Assembly: GCF_019753045.1 (NCBI RefSeq)
Contig: NZ_JAIELN010000028.1
Span: forward strand, 11,118 to 75,117
Direction of reading: 5' to 3'
DNA length: 64,000 nucleotides
DNA from: Hyphomicrobium sp.
Lineage (GTDB): Bacteria > Pseudomonadota > Alphaproteobacteria > Rhizobiales > Hyphomicrobiaceae
The position numbers and the translations under genes were made by a program. This document shows positions 46,141-56,180 of this stretch, piece after piece. Each line of letters begins with the position of its first letter. Position 1 is the first letter of the stretch. The notes beneath the pieces were generated by a model. The model ran no database searches. It worked only from the letters and a program-made list of their open reading frames with translations, and had not been told where the DNA came from.

Positions 46141-46626
46141 ATGACACCCTCCCTCAGCAAATCGTGGATTGCGTTGACGCTCGCCGGTGCATTGACGGGC
46201 GCATTCTTGGCCATCGCAAATGCGGCGAGTGCGGGCGAATGCCCGGCGAATAAAGTCGTCACATCCAACGGGCAACAGCCTGGTGCCACCGCGCACAAAA
46301 GCGTAACCGAGAAGCTGCTCGGCGAAATCAATCTCACAAACGAAAAAGTGGCCGTCGCAGATCATCACTTCCGCATGCGGCGCCTCGAGGTTGCTCCCGG
46401 CGGCGAAGTCGCGTGGCACAGTCACGACGAAAGGCCGGCGCTTATCTATGTCGTCTCGGGAAAGATCACCGAATATGCCAGCACCTGCTCTGTCCCGATC
46501 GAGCACCAAGCCGGCGATCTCTCGGTCGAGAGCCACCTTTCTCATTGGTGGAAGAACAACTCCGACAAGCCGACGGTGTTGATCTCGGCAGACATCGCCG
46601 CCGATCCCAAAGATCACAACATGTAA
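46141..46626 (+). CDS. Secreted cupin-domain protein
   Basis: 161 aa. Signal peptide MTPSLSKSWIALTLAGALTGAFLAIANAASA. Cupin motif GGEVAWHSHDERPALIYVVSGKITEY. Confidence 0.75.
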   Translation: MTPSLSKSWIALTLAGALTGAFLAIANAASAGECPANKVVTSNGQQPGATAHKSVTEKLLGEINLTNEKVAVADHHFRMRRLEVAPGGEVAWHSHDERPALIYVVSGKITEYASTCSVPIEHQAGDLSVESHLSHWWKNNSDKPTVLISADIAADPKDHNM

Positions 46627-46638
46627 TCCAAAGATCTG

Positions 46639-46678
46639 GCGGATCACTGCCAGGCCGGATGCTCTGGCAGTGATCCGC
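46639..46678 (+). promoter_or_regulatory. Strong hairpin between the cupin and MFS genes
   Basis: Perfect 13-bp stem GCGGATCACTGCC / GGCAGTGATCCGC (46639-46651 with 46666-46678), 14-nt loop. No U tract follows (ACTTCGG). Confidence 0.5.
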
Positions 46679-46698
46679 ACTTCGGAGGCTACAAAGCC

Positions 46699-47922
46699 AT
46701 GCTCCCATCCGTGCAGACCAATGATTTCGATGTGCCATCGAAATCAGACGGCAAGACGAATTCCTCGTTCGAATTGCTTATCATCGCGGTCACGGCGTTC
46801 CTGACGGTCGTTGATCTTTTCGCGACACAGGCGCTGCTTCCAGCGCTCGCTGAGCATTACCGTGTTAGCGCTGCAGCTATGGGACTGGCGGTCAACGCAT
46901 GTACGCTAGGAATGGCGATCGGTGGCCTGTCGATCGCCCTGTTGAGTGATCGCATCGACCGCCGTACCGGAATTCTAGCGAGCTTGATTGCGCTATCCGT
47001 GCCAACGTCGTTACTTGCGTTCGCACCGACCATAGGTGTGTTTGCTGCTTTGCGCATCTTGCAGGGCCTGTGCATGGCTTCTGCATTTGGACTGACGCTC
47101 GCCTATCTTGGCGAACACTTCACTGCGGAGCAATCGGCCGGAGCGTTTGCGGCCTACATTACCGGTAACGTCGCGAGCAATCTTATCGGGCGCCTTGTTG
47201 CAAGCGCTGTCACCGATCATGCCGGACTTGCCGCAAACTTCATTTTCTTCGCAGGATTGAATTTGCTGGGAGCCGCACTCGTCTACGGCACCATACGGCA
47301 AACGCCGATGAAGGAGACAGCCTGCAACGCGGATGCCGTCTGTTCGCAGAAATGGTGGGCGCACGTGCAGGCGACAGAGATGCGTGCCGGCTTCGCAATC
47401 GGCTTTTGCATTCTCTTCGCGTTCGTCGGAACGTTTACCTACATCAATTTCGTTCTCGTCGCTCCGCCTTTGGGCATTGGCATGATGACACTCGGCTTAA
47501 TTTATTTCGTCTTCCTGCCCTCAATTGTGACCACGCCCCTCGCTGGAACCATCGCGAAATTGGCGGGCCACAAGGTTTCACTTTGGGCTGCGTTGGCGAT
47601 CGCGGCAGCCGGGCTACCTCTCCTGATCGTTCCTCGGCTTCCCGCAATACTCATCGGAATGATTCTAGTGGCAGTTGGAACATTCCTCGCCCAGGCTTTG
47701 GCGCCTGGTTTCGTAAGCCGCGCAGCGAAAAGCAATCGCGCCTCCGCGAGCGGCATTTATCTCGCAAGCTATTTCGCAGGCGGCCTGATCGGCACCGCCG
47801 TCCTTGGCCAGATCTTCGACAACTTTGGATGGGGTGCGTGTGTAGCGGGTATCGGGGCATCGCTCGCCGCTGCAGCTTGGCTGACCCGGCATTTGGATTT
47901 TCGTCCGGATCACCAAGGATAG
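46699..47922 (+). CDS. MFS transporter
   Basis: 407 aa, ~12 hydrophobic segments, LSDRIDRRTG loop motif between TM2 and TM3. Confidence 0.85.
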   Translation: MLPSVQTNDFDVPSKSDGKTNSSFELLIIAVTAFLTVVDLFATQALLPALAEHYRVSAAAMGLAVNACTLGMAIGGLSIALLSDRIDRRTGILASLIALSVPTSLLAFAPTIGVFAALRILQGLCMASAFGLTLAYLGEHFTAEQSAGAFAAYITGNVASNLIGRLVASAVTDHAGLAANFIFFAGLNLLGAALVYGTIRQTPMKETACNADAVCSQKWWAHVQATEMRAGFAIGFCILFAFVGTFTYINFVLVAPPLGIGMMTLGLIYFVFLPSIVTTPLAGTIAKLAGHKVSLWAALAIAAAGLPLLIVPRLPAILIGMILVAVGTFLAQALAPGFVSRAAKSNRASASGIYLASYFAGGLIGTAVLGQIFDNFGWGACVAGIGASLAAAAWLTRHLDFRPDHQG

Positions 47923-47934
47923 CCTCCTCAACAG

Positions 47935-49530
47935 CTATCGAAAGCCAGCGACGCGAGCAGCATTCTCAGTGATGACGCGAGCATTATCGCTTTCCGCATC
48001 CCCTGCTGGAATACCTCGGATCACGATGTTCGGACTCGACCACACTGGCACGCGCGGACAACCGTCACAGCTGTCCTTATAAGCCATCATCGTGCGCCAG
48101 TTCTTGCCGGAGACGTAACCGTGGCCGTATGAAAATGGCTTCTTGCTGTCATCGAGGGCTTCGTCGTGGCGCGCACCGATGATGTGACCGATTTCGTGAG
48201 CCAGCGAGTACATGTTTGCTGCACATTCATGATGCACGACCGCAAATGCCCGCTCGGCGTTCACATGAACACCGGCCGATAGACCGCAACCATTCGGATC
48301 ATCGACAATAAGAATGCCGACATCGGCCCTGTACTTGTCACGCAACCCGTGGACTTCATCCATATAACCGTCGTTCTTCCCGGCGAAGCGAAAGACGTGT
48401 TCGAAATGGGAGCCGCTCTCGACGTAGTCCGTTTCGTAGGCGTAAGCCAGCTCCAGCTCGACATTGCTGATTCCGCTCATGCGGAAGGATTCGTTCGCAT
48501 CCTCGATCGCTAACGGAATCAAATCGGTTTTTATGTCGTCGTAGTGACCGGCGGCAGCTTTCGTATAAGCGACGATCAATCGGATGACTGCCTTTTGGCC
48601 AGATACTTGCGGCGATGATTGTTTTTGCGTGATATCCAGCGGCCCCGGTGCGATGGTGACGTCAGCCGTCCGCGATGCATCGTGAGCGTCCTTCGTGGTA
48701 GCTCGCTCCATATGAAAATTTTCACGGGCTGCATTTCCAGGCTCTGTGAGATCGCTCGGATCGCCTTTCGTGACGAGCGGGTCCTGCTTAAGATGCATCT
48801 TCTCCATCATGCCATGGGGCATGGCCGCGTGCTCTTGAGGCATTTGCGCAGGATTCATCTCAACGATCGCGTCAGCGCCTCCACCTAGCTCGTGCACGGA
48901 ATAGACATGCCCGCGATAGGTGATTGATCCTGCCATGCGACCGGACGCCCACCAGAGCAGCGTGACTGGCTCGCCGGTTTCGGACACCACGCCATGCCAG
49001 GCATAGCCGTCTTCAATTTTGTGCAGGCTCATCCGTCTGGCAGTAACCGATACGCCCGTGGCAATCGGAATGACGAGTTCGCTCTTCGTCAACATGTTCT
49101 CGGCGAGTCCAACCGGAGGCCGCGCCATGACGATCGCGCCGGTGACGGCCTTCGAGGCCATGGTCGCGTGCATCAGCGCGCTTTGCGACGCGGTCATCGC
49201 GCTGGAGTTTTGCATAGGCACGAGAGCGTGATTCCAATTGGAATCGAGCTTGCTGATCTTTGTTCCGGCATCTCGCGCGAGAGTTAGAATCTCTCCCCAT
49301 TTTTCACTTGGTATCGTCCAGACTTCCGCCCTGCTCATCTCCAGGATCTCTCGCTTCGGGCGGCCTGCGGCCTCGTACATCCGGGAATAGGCGGCAGTTT
49401 CCCTCAGCGGCAGGTTCGATAAGATGACATCGACTGAATCCGCACTAGCTGCTTTGGCGAACATTGCGGCCGCGCTCGCAGCAGCAACGACGAATAATGC
49501 TACGTATCGACCTCGACGCGCTGGAACCAT
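47935..49530 (-). CDS. Secreted zinc metalloprotease (metzincin, reprolysin-like) with long N-terminal pro-region
   Basis: ATG 49530 preceded by GGAGG. Signal MVPARRGRYVALFVVAAASAAAMFAKAASA. HEIGHIIGARHD (HExxHxxGxxHD) about 75 residues from the C-terminus. Confidence 0.8.
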   Translation of the reverse strand: MVPARRGRYVALFVVAAASAAAMFAKAASADSVDVILSNLPLRETAAYSRMYEAAGRPKREILEMSRAEVWTIPSEKWGEILTLARDAGTKISKLDSNWNHALVPMQNSSAMTASQSALMHATMASKAVTGAIVMARPPVGLAENMLTKSELVIPIATGVSVTARRMSLHKIEDGYAWHGVVSETGEPVTLLWWASGRMAGSITYRGHVYSVHELGGGADAIVEMNPAQMPQEHAAMPHGMMEKMHLKQDPLVTKGDPSDLTEPGNAARENFHMERATTKDAHDASRTADVTIAPGPLDITQKQSSPQVSGQKAVIRLIVAYTKAAAGHYDDIKTDLIPLAIEDANESFRMSGISNVELELAYAYETDYVESGSHFEHVFRFAGKNDGYMDEVHGLRDKYRADVGILIVDDPNGCGLSAGVHVNAERAFAVVHHECAANMYSLAHEIGHIIGARHDEALDDSKKPFSYGHGYVSGKNWRTMMAYKDSCDGCPRVPVWSSPNIVIRGIPAGDAESDNARVITENAARVAGFR

Positions 49531-49550
49531 CGCAACCTCCAGAACAAACA

Positions 49551-49580
49551 AGCCCCGCAGTTGAGTCTGCGAGGCTTTTT
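49551..49580 (-). terminator. Terminator-like hairpin between the small secreted-protein gene and the metalloprotease gene
   Basis: Stem AGCC(C)CGCAG / CTGCG(A)GGCT (49551-49560 with 49567-49576). T5 follows on the plus strand, and TTGTTTGTT follows on the minus strand. Confidence 0.5.
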
Positions 49581-49601
49581 CGCATGCATTGCGTCAGCGG
49601 T

Positions 49602-49868
49602 TTACTTGCCGTGCTTCGCCTGCATGTCGGCCTCGATCTGATCCCAAACGCCATGAGGCGAGAACCCGTCGCCGGCTTTGCAGGAATCATAGGCGTCGAG
49701 AGATTTGCGAACGGCGTCGGCCAGTTCGTAGCCAGACATCTTGTTAATGAAGATCGACATCTTGCCCATATGCGTCTTGAACCCGCCGTCACAGTCTTCG
49801 GCTGCATAGGTCGGAGATGCGAGAACGGCAAAGAGGGCAACGAGCGTTGCTGCTGAAAGAAGCTTCAT
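49602..49868 (-). CDS. Small secreted protein, unknown function
   Basis: 88 aa from ATG 49868 (AGGAGA RBS). Signal MKLLSAATLVALFAVLASPTYA, mature part has 2 Cys (AEDCDGGF...DSCKAGDG). The ORF-track version (to 50066) has an implausible N-terminus. Confidence 0.6.
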   Translation of the reverse strand: MKLLSAATLVALFAVLASPTYAAEDCDGGFKTHMGKMSIFINKMSGYELADAVRKSLDAYDSCKAGDGFSPHGVWDQIEADMQAKHGK

Positions 49869-50147
49869 TGGGTCTCTCCTGGTTGATTTAACATCGCCCC
49901 CTTTGGAGCGGGGCTGCCGAGAACCTATGAGCTTCGAACGCGCGACTGAAATGCCGTTTGGGACTGGATTTGATAGCTCGGCGCTATCCCAGAACCGCAA
50001 TGAGAATGCAGCCAGCGGGGGAGTTCGCAAGAAGCAATAGGCGGCGACTATCGACTCCGAAGCCAATCGATATTTTCGCTATGTGAGCGTCCTAGCCATC
50101 CTGTCACAACCAGCCGATTGCTTTGAATTGGTGAACGAGAAAGGGAG

Positions 50148-50654
50148 ATGGTCATGCTCGGAAGATATTCAGCCTGCAGCGCATTCGCATTGGCTCTATT
50201 GATGGTCTTCGCCCTTCCTCAGGCTGGATATCCGGCTGAGCCCGCTACTGCGTCGCCGGAAGACGGTATCGTCAAGGTGAAAAGCGTCTACGGCTTCGGC
50301 GAGACGATCTCTCGGCTCAAAGCCGATATCGCGCAGAAAGGGATCAAGTTCTTTTCTGCGATCGATCAATCACAGCTCGGGGCAGGTTCAGGCATCAAGC
50401 TCCGGCCGTCGACCCTGCTGATCTTCGGCAATCCGCCACTGGGTATTCAATTTCTCACATCGAATCCGGATTCCGGCCTTGACTGGCCCGTTCGCCTTCT
50501 CGTTCGGCAGGATGAAGCTGGACAAGTCTGGGCAGTGTACACCGATTTCGGGTGGATCGCCCGTCGCCACGGCATTCGCGACCGCGATGCGCAATTCAAG
50601 ATGGCATCAAGTGTGATCGCTTCGATCACCTCGAGCGTCGCCTCCAAGCAGTAG
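50148..50654 (+). CDS. DUF302 domain protein (secreted)
   Basis: 168 aa. Signal peptide, STLLIFGNPPLGIQFLTSNPDSGLDWPVRLLVRQDEAGQVWAVYTDF typical of DUF302. Confidence 0.8.
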   Translation: MVMLGRYSACSAFALALLMVFALPQAGYPAEPATASPEDGIVKVKSVYGFGETISRLKADIAQKGIKFFSAIDQSQLGAGSGIKLRPSTLLIFGNPPLGIQFLTSNPDSGLDWPVRLLVRQDEAGQVWAVYTDFGWIARRHGIRDRDAQFKMASSVIASITSSVASKQ

Positions 50655-50667
50655 ATGAGAGGCTACG

Positions 50668-51882
50668 ATGACCGCACTTTCCAACATAAAGGCAACCAAC
50701 ATGCCACGACGAAATCGCGATAATCGCACGGCAGGTTATGGCCAGATCGTACTGGTGCTGCAAGGCGGCGGCGCGCTCGGTGCGTATCAGTCGGGTGTCT
50801 ATCACGCGCTGCACGAAGCCGGCGTCGAGCCGGACTGGGTCATCGGAACATCGATAGGAGCCATCAACGCCGCGCTCATCGTCGGCAACGAACCCGGCGA
50901 TAGGCTCGCTGCGCTGAACGAATTTTGGGAGCGAATGTCTCGACGCTCGATTTGGGATCCGATGATGTTGTGGCCTCAAGCCGCGACATCGTTGTCCTAC
51001 TGGCAGGCTTTGACCAGCGGCATCTCGGGCTTCTTCAAGCCAAACCTCTTTGCCTTTTTCAATCCGCATTACCCGCTCGGCCCGGAACGAGCAGGCTACT
51101 ACTCCACATCCGAACTCGAGGCGACGCTTAATGACCTCGTCGATTTCTCCCTCATACGACGCAGCAAACCACGATTGACAGTTGGCGCTGCTCAGGTGCG
51201 GACCAGCAGAATGCACTACTTCGACAGCCTTCAGACCGAAATCACGGCGAAGCATATCATGGCGTCCGGCGCGTTGCCGCCCGCATTTCCCGCCGTGCGC
51301 ATTGATGGTGAGCTCTATTGGGATGGTGGCATTCTCTCGAACACGCCCGCCGAGGCGATTTTCGATGATCATCCGCGCAAGAATTCTCTCGTCTTTGCCG
51401 TGCACATGTGGAACCCGACCGGTCCCGAACCTGCAACGATCTGGGAAGTGCTTCACCGCCAGAAGAACATCCAATATTCGAGCCGGGTCGCAACGCACAT
51501 CATGCGCCAAGCGCAGATTCATCGTCTGCGTCATGTAATCAAGGAACTCGCGATGCGTATCCCCGAGGAGCTTCGCTCGCGAGAAGATATTCGCGAGCTG
51601 GCAAGCTACGGATGCCTCACCCGCATGCATTTCGTGCGTCTCCTGTGGCCCGGACACGAAAACGAAGACCACACCAAGGACGTCGATTTCACCTCATCCG
51701 GGATCAAGAAGCGGTGGCAGGCTGGGTACGACCAAACGATGCGCGTTATCGAGCAGGCGCCCTGGCAGCGAGAAATTGACCCTATCGAGGGCGTTTTCCT
51801 TCACGAGGCGGGAGACTCAAGACCGCTCGAAAGCATGAGCGCGATCGAGCACGATACCTGCGTCCGAAGCAACGAGAGTTGA
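50668..51882 (+). CDS. Patatin-like phospholipase (with DUF3734-type C-terminal region)
   Basis: 404 aa. VLQGGGALGAYQSGVYHAL oxyanion motif, GTSIGAINAA (GxSxG), later DGG catalytic Asp motif (YWDGGILSNTP). Confidence 0.85.
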   Translation: MTALSNIKATNMPRRNRDNRTAGYGQIVLVLQGGGALGAYQSGVYHALHEAGVEPDWVIGTSIGAINAALIVGNEPGDRLAALNEFWERMSRRSIWDPMMLWPQAATSLSYWQALTSGISGFFKPNLFAFFNPHYPLGPERAGYYSTSELEATLNDLVDFSLIRRSKPRLTVGAAQVRTSRMHYFDSLQTEITAKHIMASGALPPAFPAVRIDGELYWDGGILSNTPAEAIFDDHPRKNSLVFAVHMWNPTGPEPATIWEVLHRQKNIQYSSRVATHIMRQAQIHRLRHVIKELAMRIPEELRSREDIRELASYGCLTRMHFVRLLWPGHENEDHTKDVDFTSSGIKKRWQAGYDQTMRVIEQAPWQREIDPIEGVFLHEAGDSRPLESMSAIEHDTCVRSNES

Positions 51883-51884
51883 TG

Positions 51885-52577
51885 CTATTGCAGGGCTTCA
51901 CCTAGAGCCTTCAGGATATCCTCGATCTCCATCCTGTCGCGGAAGTCCGGATCGACAAAGCGATCAATAATCACACAATCTCTGCCGACCACAAAGGTGG
52001 CCGGTATGGGCAAAAACCAACTGTCGCTTCTGTTATATCTCTGCAGCTCGATCCCATGCTTAAGGTACAGATCGCGAACAGCATCGCCCAGCCAGATTGC
52101 AAGACCGACTTCGAGCGCATAGCCATTATCGACATCCGCAAGGAAGCGAAAATTGCGGCACGGCTCCAGGCTCGAAAGGTATTCATTCGTTTCTGGCATG
52201 ATCGAAACCACCTGAGCGCTAGTTTTTGCGAACTCGCCGAGCGCAGCCTTAAAGGCGGCGAGCTCTATCTGACAGTACTCGCACCAGTGCCCGCGGTTGA
52301 AGGTTATGACGACCGGACCCTCCTTGATGAGCTCTTCGAAAGCGACGAGCCGATTGTTCTCATCGGGAAGTAGGAAGGGGGGCATTGCTTCGCCCGGCCT
52401 GGGCGCGCCGGCCCCTGCATCGGCAGATTTTAGCCTCGCGACCAGATCGTCATAGGCATCCGCGAATGGTGCGGAGAACTGGCGAACGGCAGACGAGAAG
52501 TCGGCCAAGCGCACCTTCAGGGGTGCCTCAGTCGAACAGATGCGCCGGAAAGCGCCGTCCAGGCTGGTGTCATTCAT
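51885..52577 (-). CDS. Peroxiredoxin-like (PRX_like2, CXXC) thioredoxin-fold protein, paralog 3
   Basis: ~230 aa from ATG 52577. FNRGHWCEYCQI (C-E-Y-C). Same N-terminal extension (FADAYDDLVARLKSADAG) and C-terminus (FVDPDFRDRMEIEDILKAL) as the 42.4-43.9 kb pair. Confidence 0.8.
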   Translation of the reverse strand: MNDTSLDGAFRRICSTEAPLKVRLADFSSAVRQFSAPFADAYDDLVARLKSADAGAGAPRPGEAMPPFLLPDENNRLVAFEELIKEGPVVITFNRGHWCEYCQIELAAFKAALGEFAKTSAQVVSIMPETNEYLSSLEPCRNFRFLADVDNGYALEVGLAIWLGDAVRDLYLKHGIELQRYNRSDSWFLPIPATFVVGRDCVIIDRFVDPDFRDRMEIEDILKALGEALQ

Positions 52578-52726
52578 CAGAAATCGCGTTCTTCCTGGTC
52601 CGCTTACGACGAAAGATATCTTCAGCTCGGGATCCGCGTCCAGCGGCGCTTTGGAGTTACCGCGTAACATTTCCTCATCGACAGCCGAATGAACCCAGGG
52701 AACAGCGAGAGGGAACTCGGAAGTCT

Positions 52727-53233
52727 ATGAATTTTGACATCGTCAAACTTTGCACCACGCCGTTGCCATTCCCGAATGCTTGGTACGGCCTGCCGCTCCG
52801 GCTAATTATCGGGTTCGGCTTCGTCGAGCACGGGTCTGCAAAACTCGCTCGGGGATGGGAAAACTTCGCGGATATTCTTCACGCGATCGGAATGCCCTTT
52901 AGCGGTTTTCTCGCCTTGGCGACGATAGCGGTCGAAGTCGTCGGGGGTGTGATGATCATGCTCGGAGCTTTTGTTCCGGTCGCGGCGATCCCGATGGGCA
53001 TCGTCCTTCTCGTCGCGATAGTCACGGTTCATCTGCCAAACGGCTTTAGCTCCATAAAGCTTCAGTCCTTCGATGCCTCCGGCGCCCACTTTGGCCAACC
53101 GGGATATGAGACCGACCTGCTCTATCTCGCCGGGCTCGTCGCGCTGTGCATCGGCGGCGCTGGCCCACTTTCCATCGACGGACTACTTCAGAAACGGCGA
53201 CGCAAATCTAAGTCGGGGCGCCAAGCCGAATGA
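52727..53233 (+). CDS. DoxX-family membrane protein
   Basis: 168 aa from ATG 52727. LPLRLIIGFGFVEHGSAKL and four TM segments. The ORF-track N-terminal 114 codons are basic and low-complexity and were discarded. Confidence 0.8.
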   Translation: MNFDIVKLCTTPLPFPNAWYGLPLRLIIGFGFVEHGSAKLARGWENFADILHAIGMPFSGFLALATIAVEVVGGVMIMLGAFVPVAAIPMGIVLLVAIVTVHLPNGFSSIKLQSFDASGAHFGQPGYETDLLYLAGLVALCIGGAGPLSIDGLLQKRRRKSKSGRQAE

Positions 53234-53504
53234 GAAACTCGGCAACTTTGCCCGACAATGCGCTGATTAGGAGTCAGCACACTTATGTTGTAGATCGACA
53301 GTCATTCCGACTTTTATAGCCCAATACCTACCACAGAACATCAATGGCTTAATCGATATGTCGGAACGGCATACGAGTGGGCAACCTCGAGGCACACGTC
53401 AGAACCGGGAGCCATGAGTTGCTAACCGCCGCCCACTCCTTAGCTACGCTACGGCCATGCATAGGTTGCTTTATCCAAGAAGCTGCCATTGCTAGCCGCG
53501 CAAC

Positions 53505-54944
53505 TCACCCAAAGCGGTAGTCCGAGATAATCTTAGATTCGAGGTACTCCTCGATGCCCCATATCCCGCCCTCACGAGCGCGTCCCGATTGTTTCATGCC
53601 GCCGAAGAAAGAGCCGGCGCCGCGCGATTTTCCGTTCATCTCGATCATTCCCGACTTGAGCGACAGCGCAAGACGATTGGCGCGGTTCGCATCGCTCGTT
53701 TGAACGTAGTTTGTGAGGCCATAAGGCGTATCATTCGCGATCCGGATCGCATCCTCTTCATGATCGAACGGGATCATCACCATGACGGGCCCGAAAATTT
53801 CCTCGCGCTCGATCGTCATGCCGGGCTTAACATCCGCAAACACCGTGGGCTTGACGTAGAAGCCTCGATTGAAATCCTCCGGGCGTCCAGGTCCGCCGCA
53901 GAGTAAGCGGGCTCCTTCGTCGATGCCCTTTTGGATGTAGTTCTGGACTTGGTCCCACTGACGTTTGTTGACGAGCGGCCCGATGTGCGCCCCCGGCTCG
54001 AGAGCCGGTCCGACCTTGATAGCTTCCGTCAGTGCGGCGACTTGTTCCACCGTTTGCTCGTAGATGCTGCGCTCGACGAGCATCCTAGATGGCGCGTTAC
54101 AGGACTGGCCGGAATTTTCCATCATCCGATCGACACTCCATTTTATCGATCGATGGTCGGCATCGGCGAACACTAGATTCGCGCCTTTGCCTCCAAGTTC
54201 GAGCGCGACCCGCTTTAGGGTTTCAGCGGCGGCTCGCGATATGGCCTTTCCCGCGCGCGTGGAACCGGTAAACGAAATCATCTCCACGTCGGGATGTTCA
54301 GATAGTTGGGTACCAACACCGGCACCATCACCATTCACGAGATTGAACACGCCGGGCGGCACGCCAGCGTCATGGCAGAACTCTGCAAATAGGATGGCGT
54401 TGAGGGGCGCTTCTTCTGAGGGCTTGAGCACACACGTGCAACCCGCGAGCATGGCCGGAACGGCTTTCAGAACGATCTGGTTCACGGGCCAATTCCAGGG
54501 CGTAATGAGGCCGACGACACCGATGGGTTCGAGGGTGACGGCAGTCTTCGGCGCCTGCGGGCCGAGGGGACGGATCCATTTGATCTGCTCGAAAGCATTC
54601 AAGTAGTTCTGCGTGTGCCAGGGCAGGCAGGTGGCCTGCTCCGCCAAGGAGAAGTCTATCGGCGCGCCCATTTCCAACGAAATCGACTCGGCGAATTCCT
54701 GACGGCGAAGTTCGTATTGCTCCAGTACCTTCTTGATGATTGCCGCGCGCTGCGATGGCGGCGTTGCAGCCCATTTTGGCAATGCGGCTTTGGCGGCGCT
54801 CACGGCATCGTTCGTGTCTTCCTGGTCTCCCAAAGAAATTACTGTGCAGGGTTCCTCGGTCGAGGGATCGATGACCTCCCAATCCCGCGCTTTATGCGGC
54901 TTGACCCAGGTGCCGTTGATGTAAAATTCGCGTCTGAACTTCAT
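53505..54944 (-). CDS. NAD(P)-dependent aldehyde dehydrogenase
   Basis: 479 aa. ITPWNWP, FTGSTRAGK, ELGGKG and GQSCNAPSR (catalytic Cys) motifs. Confidence 0.9.
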   Translation of the reverse strand: MKFRREFYINGTWVKPHKARDWEVIDPSTEEPCTVISLGDQEDTNDAVSAAKAALPKWAATPPSQRAAIIKKVLEQYELRRQEFAESISLEMGAPIDFSLAEQATCLPWHTQNYLNAFEQIKWIRPLGPQAPKTAVTLEPIGVVGLITPWNWPVNQIVLKAVPAMLAGCTCVLKPSEEAPLNAILFAEFCHDAGVPPGVFNLVNGDGAGVGTQLSEHPDVEMISFTGSTRAGKAISRAAAETLKRVALELGGKGANLVFADADHRSIKWSVDRMMENSGQSCNAPSRMLVERSIYEQTVEQVAALTEAIKVGPALEPGAHIGPLVNKRQWDQVQNYIQKGIDEGARLLCGGPGRPEDFNRGFYVKPTVFADVKPGMTIEREEIFGPVMVMIPFDHEEDAIRIANDTPYGLTNYVQTSDANRANRLALSLKSGMIEMNGKSRGAGSFFGGMKQSGRAREGGIWGIEEYLESKIISDYRFG

Positions 54945-54986
54945 GATATCTCTGATCTTGTTTGGTTGTGAGTGGAGCGCGGGCTC

Positions 54987-56180
54987 TTAGGCGATCTTTC
55001 GAATGGTGCCTGAGTGCATTTCACCGAGAAGCTCTAACACGTTGTCTTCAGTTAGCGGGATTGGATTTGTACCTGCGGTCGGGTCAACGACCGCGAGCCG
55101 CGCGATATCTGCAAATTTCTCATTCTCGACTCCGATATCGGCGATCGTCGCCGGGATACCTATCTCTGATCTCAATTGGAGGATCCAGTCGTTGATGGCC
55201 CGAACAGCGTTCGCCCCGGACGACTTGCCATCTATCAACCCGAGGTAAATGGCCAGCCGTTGCATTTTTTCGCCGATGTTTGGAGCGTTGAATGCAAGGA
55301 CGTAGGGCATGACGACTCCGTTCGTCAGTCCGTGATGGACGCCGTAGATTGCGCCAATGGGATGGCTTACCGAGTGAACTGCGCCGAGGCCTTTCTGAAA
55401 GGCCGTTGCTGCCATTGCCGCAGCCGACAGCATCTGCCCGCGCGCTTCGATATCGTCTCCGGCGCGAACAGCGCGGGGCAGAAATTCTTTGACCAAGCGC
55501 ACGGCTTCGATCGCAATTGCATCGGCCATCGGATGATAACTCGGCGCACAGAACGCTTCGATGGCGTGGGAAAGTGCGTCCATGCCAGTTCCGGCGGTCA
55601 ACAATGGTGGCAAGCCAACGGTGAGCTCGGGATCCAGAATCGCGATGCGCGGCATCATTGCAGGATGGAAAATGATCTTTTTCACATGATTGTCAGCATC
55701 GGTGATCACGGTGGCACGTCCGACTTCCGAACCGGTTCCTGCCGTCGTCGGGATTGCGATGATGGGTGCAATGGCCTCTGTCGCGGCGCGACGCCAATTA
55801 TCGCCGATGTCTTCGAAGTCCCATACCGGTCTCGATTGACCGATCATGAGGGCAACCGTTTTGCCCACGTCGAGAGCGCTTCCGCCGCCGAATGCGATGA
55901 CGCCATCATGTTTGCCATCGCGAAAGGCGGCCACACCGTCTGCGAGGTTGATCGATGTCGGGTTGCCCTGAAGCCTGTCGAAGACAGACGCCTCTATGCC
56001 GGCGTCTCGCAGCAGAGCCAATGTCGATTGGACCATGGGCAGATTGGTAAGGCCTGGATCGGTGACGAACAAAGGACGCGACATACCGATCTCTTTGCAA
56101 GCTGCGGGCAGCTCGGAGATGCGACCTGGACCAAACCAGACCTTCGTGGGGTAGCTCCAATTCGCGTTCGCGATCTTCAT
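54987..56180 (-). CDS. Iron-containing (group III) alcohol dehydrogenase
   Basis: 397 aa. AFGGGSALDVGK, PTTAGTGSE and His-rich metal site (DALSHAIE, HSVSHPIG). Confidence 0.9.
   Translation of the reverse strand: MKIANANWSYPTKVWFGPGRISELPAACKEIGMSRPLFVTDPGLTNLPMVQSTLALLRDAGIEASVFDRLQGNPTSINLADGVAAFRDGKHDGVIAFGGGSALDVGKTVALMIGQSRPVWDFEDIGDNWRRAATEAIAPIIAIPTTAGTGSEVGRATVITDADNHVKKIIFHPAMMPRIAILDPELTVGLPPLLTAGTGMDALSHAIEAFCAPSYHPMADAIAIEAVRLVKEFLPRAVRAGDDIEARGQMLSAAAMAATAFQKGLGAVHSVSHPIGAIYGVHHGLTNGVVMPYVLAFNAPNIGEKMQRLAIYLGLIDGKSSGANAVRAINDWILQLRSEIGIPATIADIGVENEKFADIARLAVVDPTAGTNPIPLTEDNVLELLGEMHSGTIRKIA

Noticed and set aside
50626-51672. 348-aa minus-strand ORF
   Set aside because: Antisense to the patatin gene, which carries clear GGxR/GxSxG/DGG motifs.
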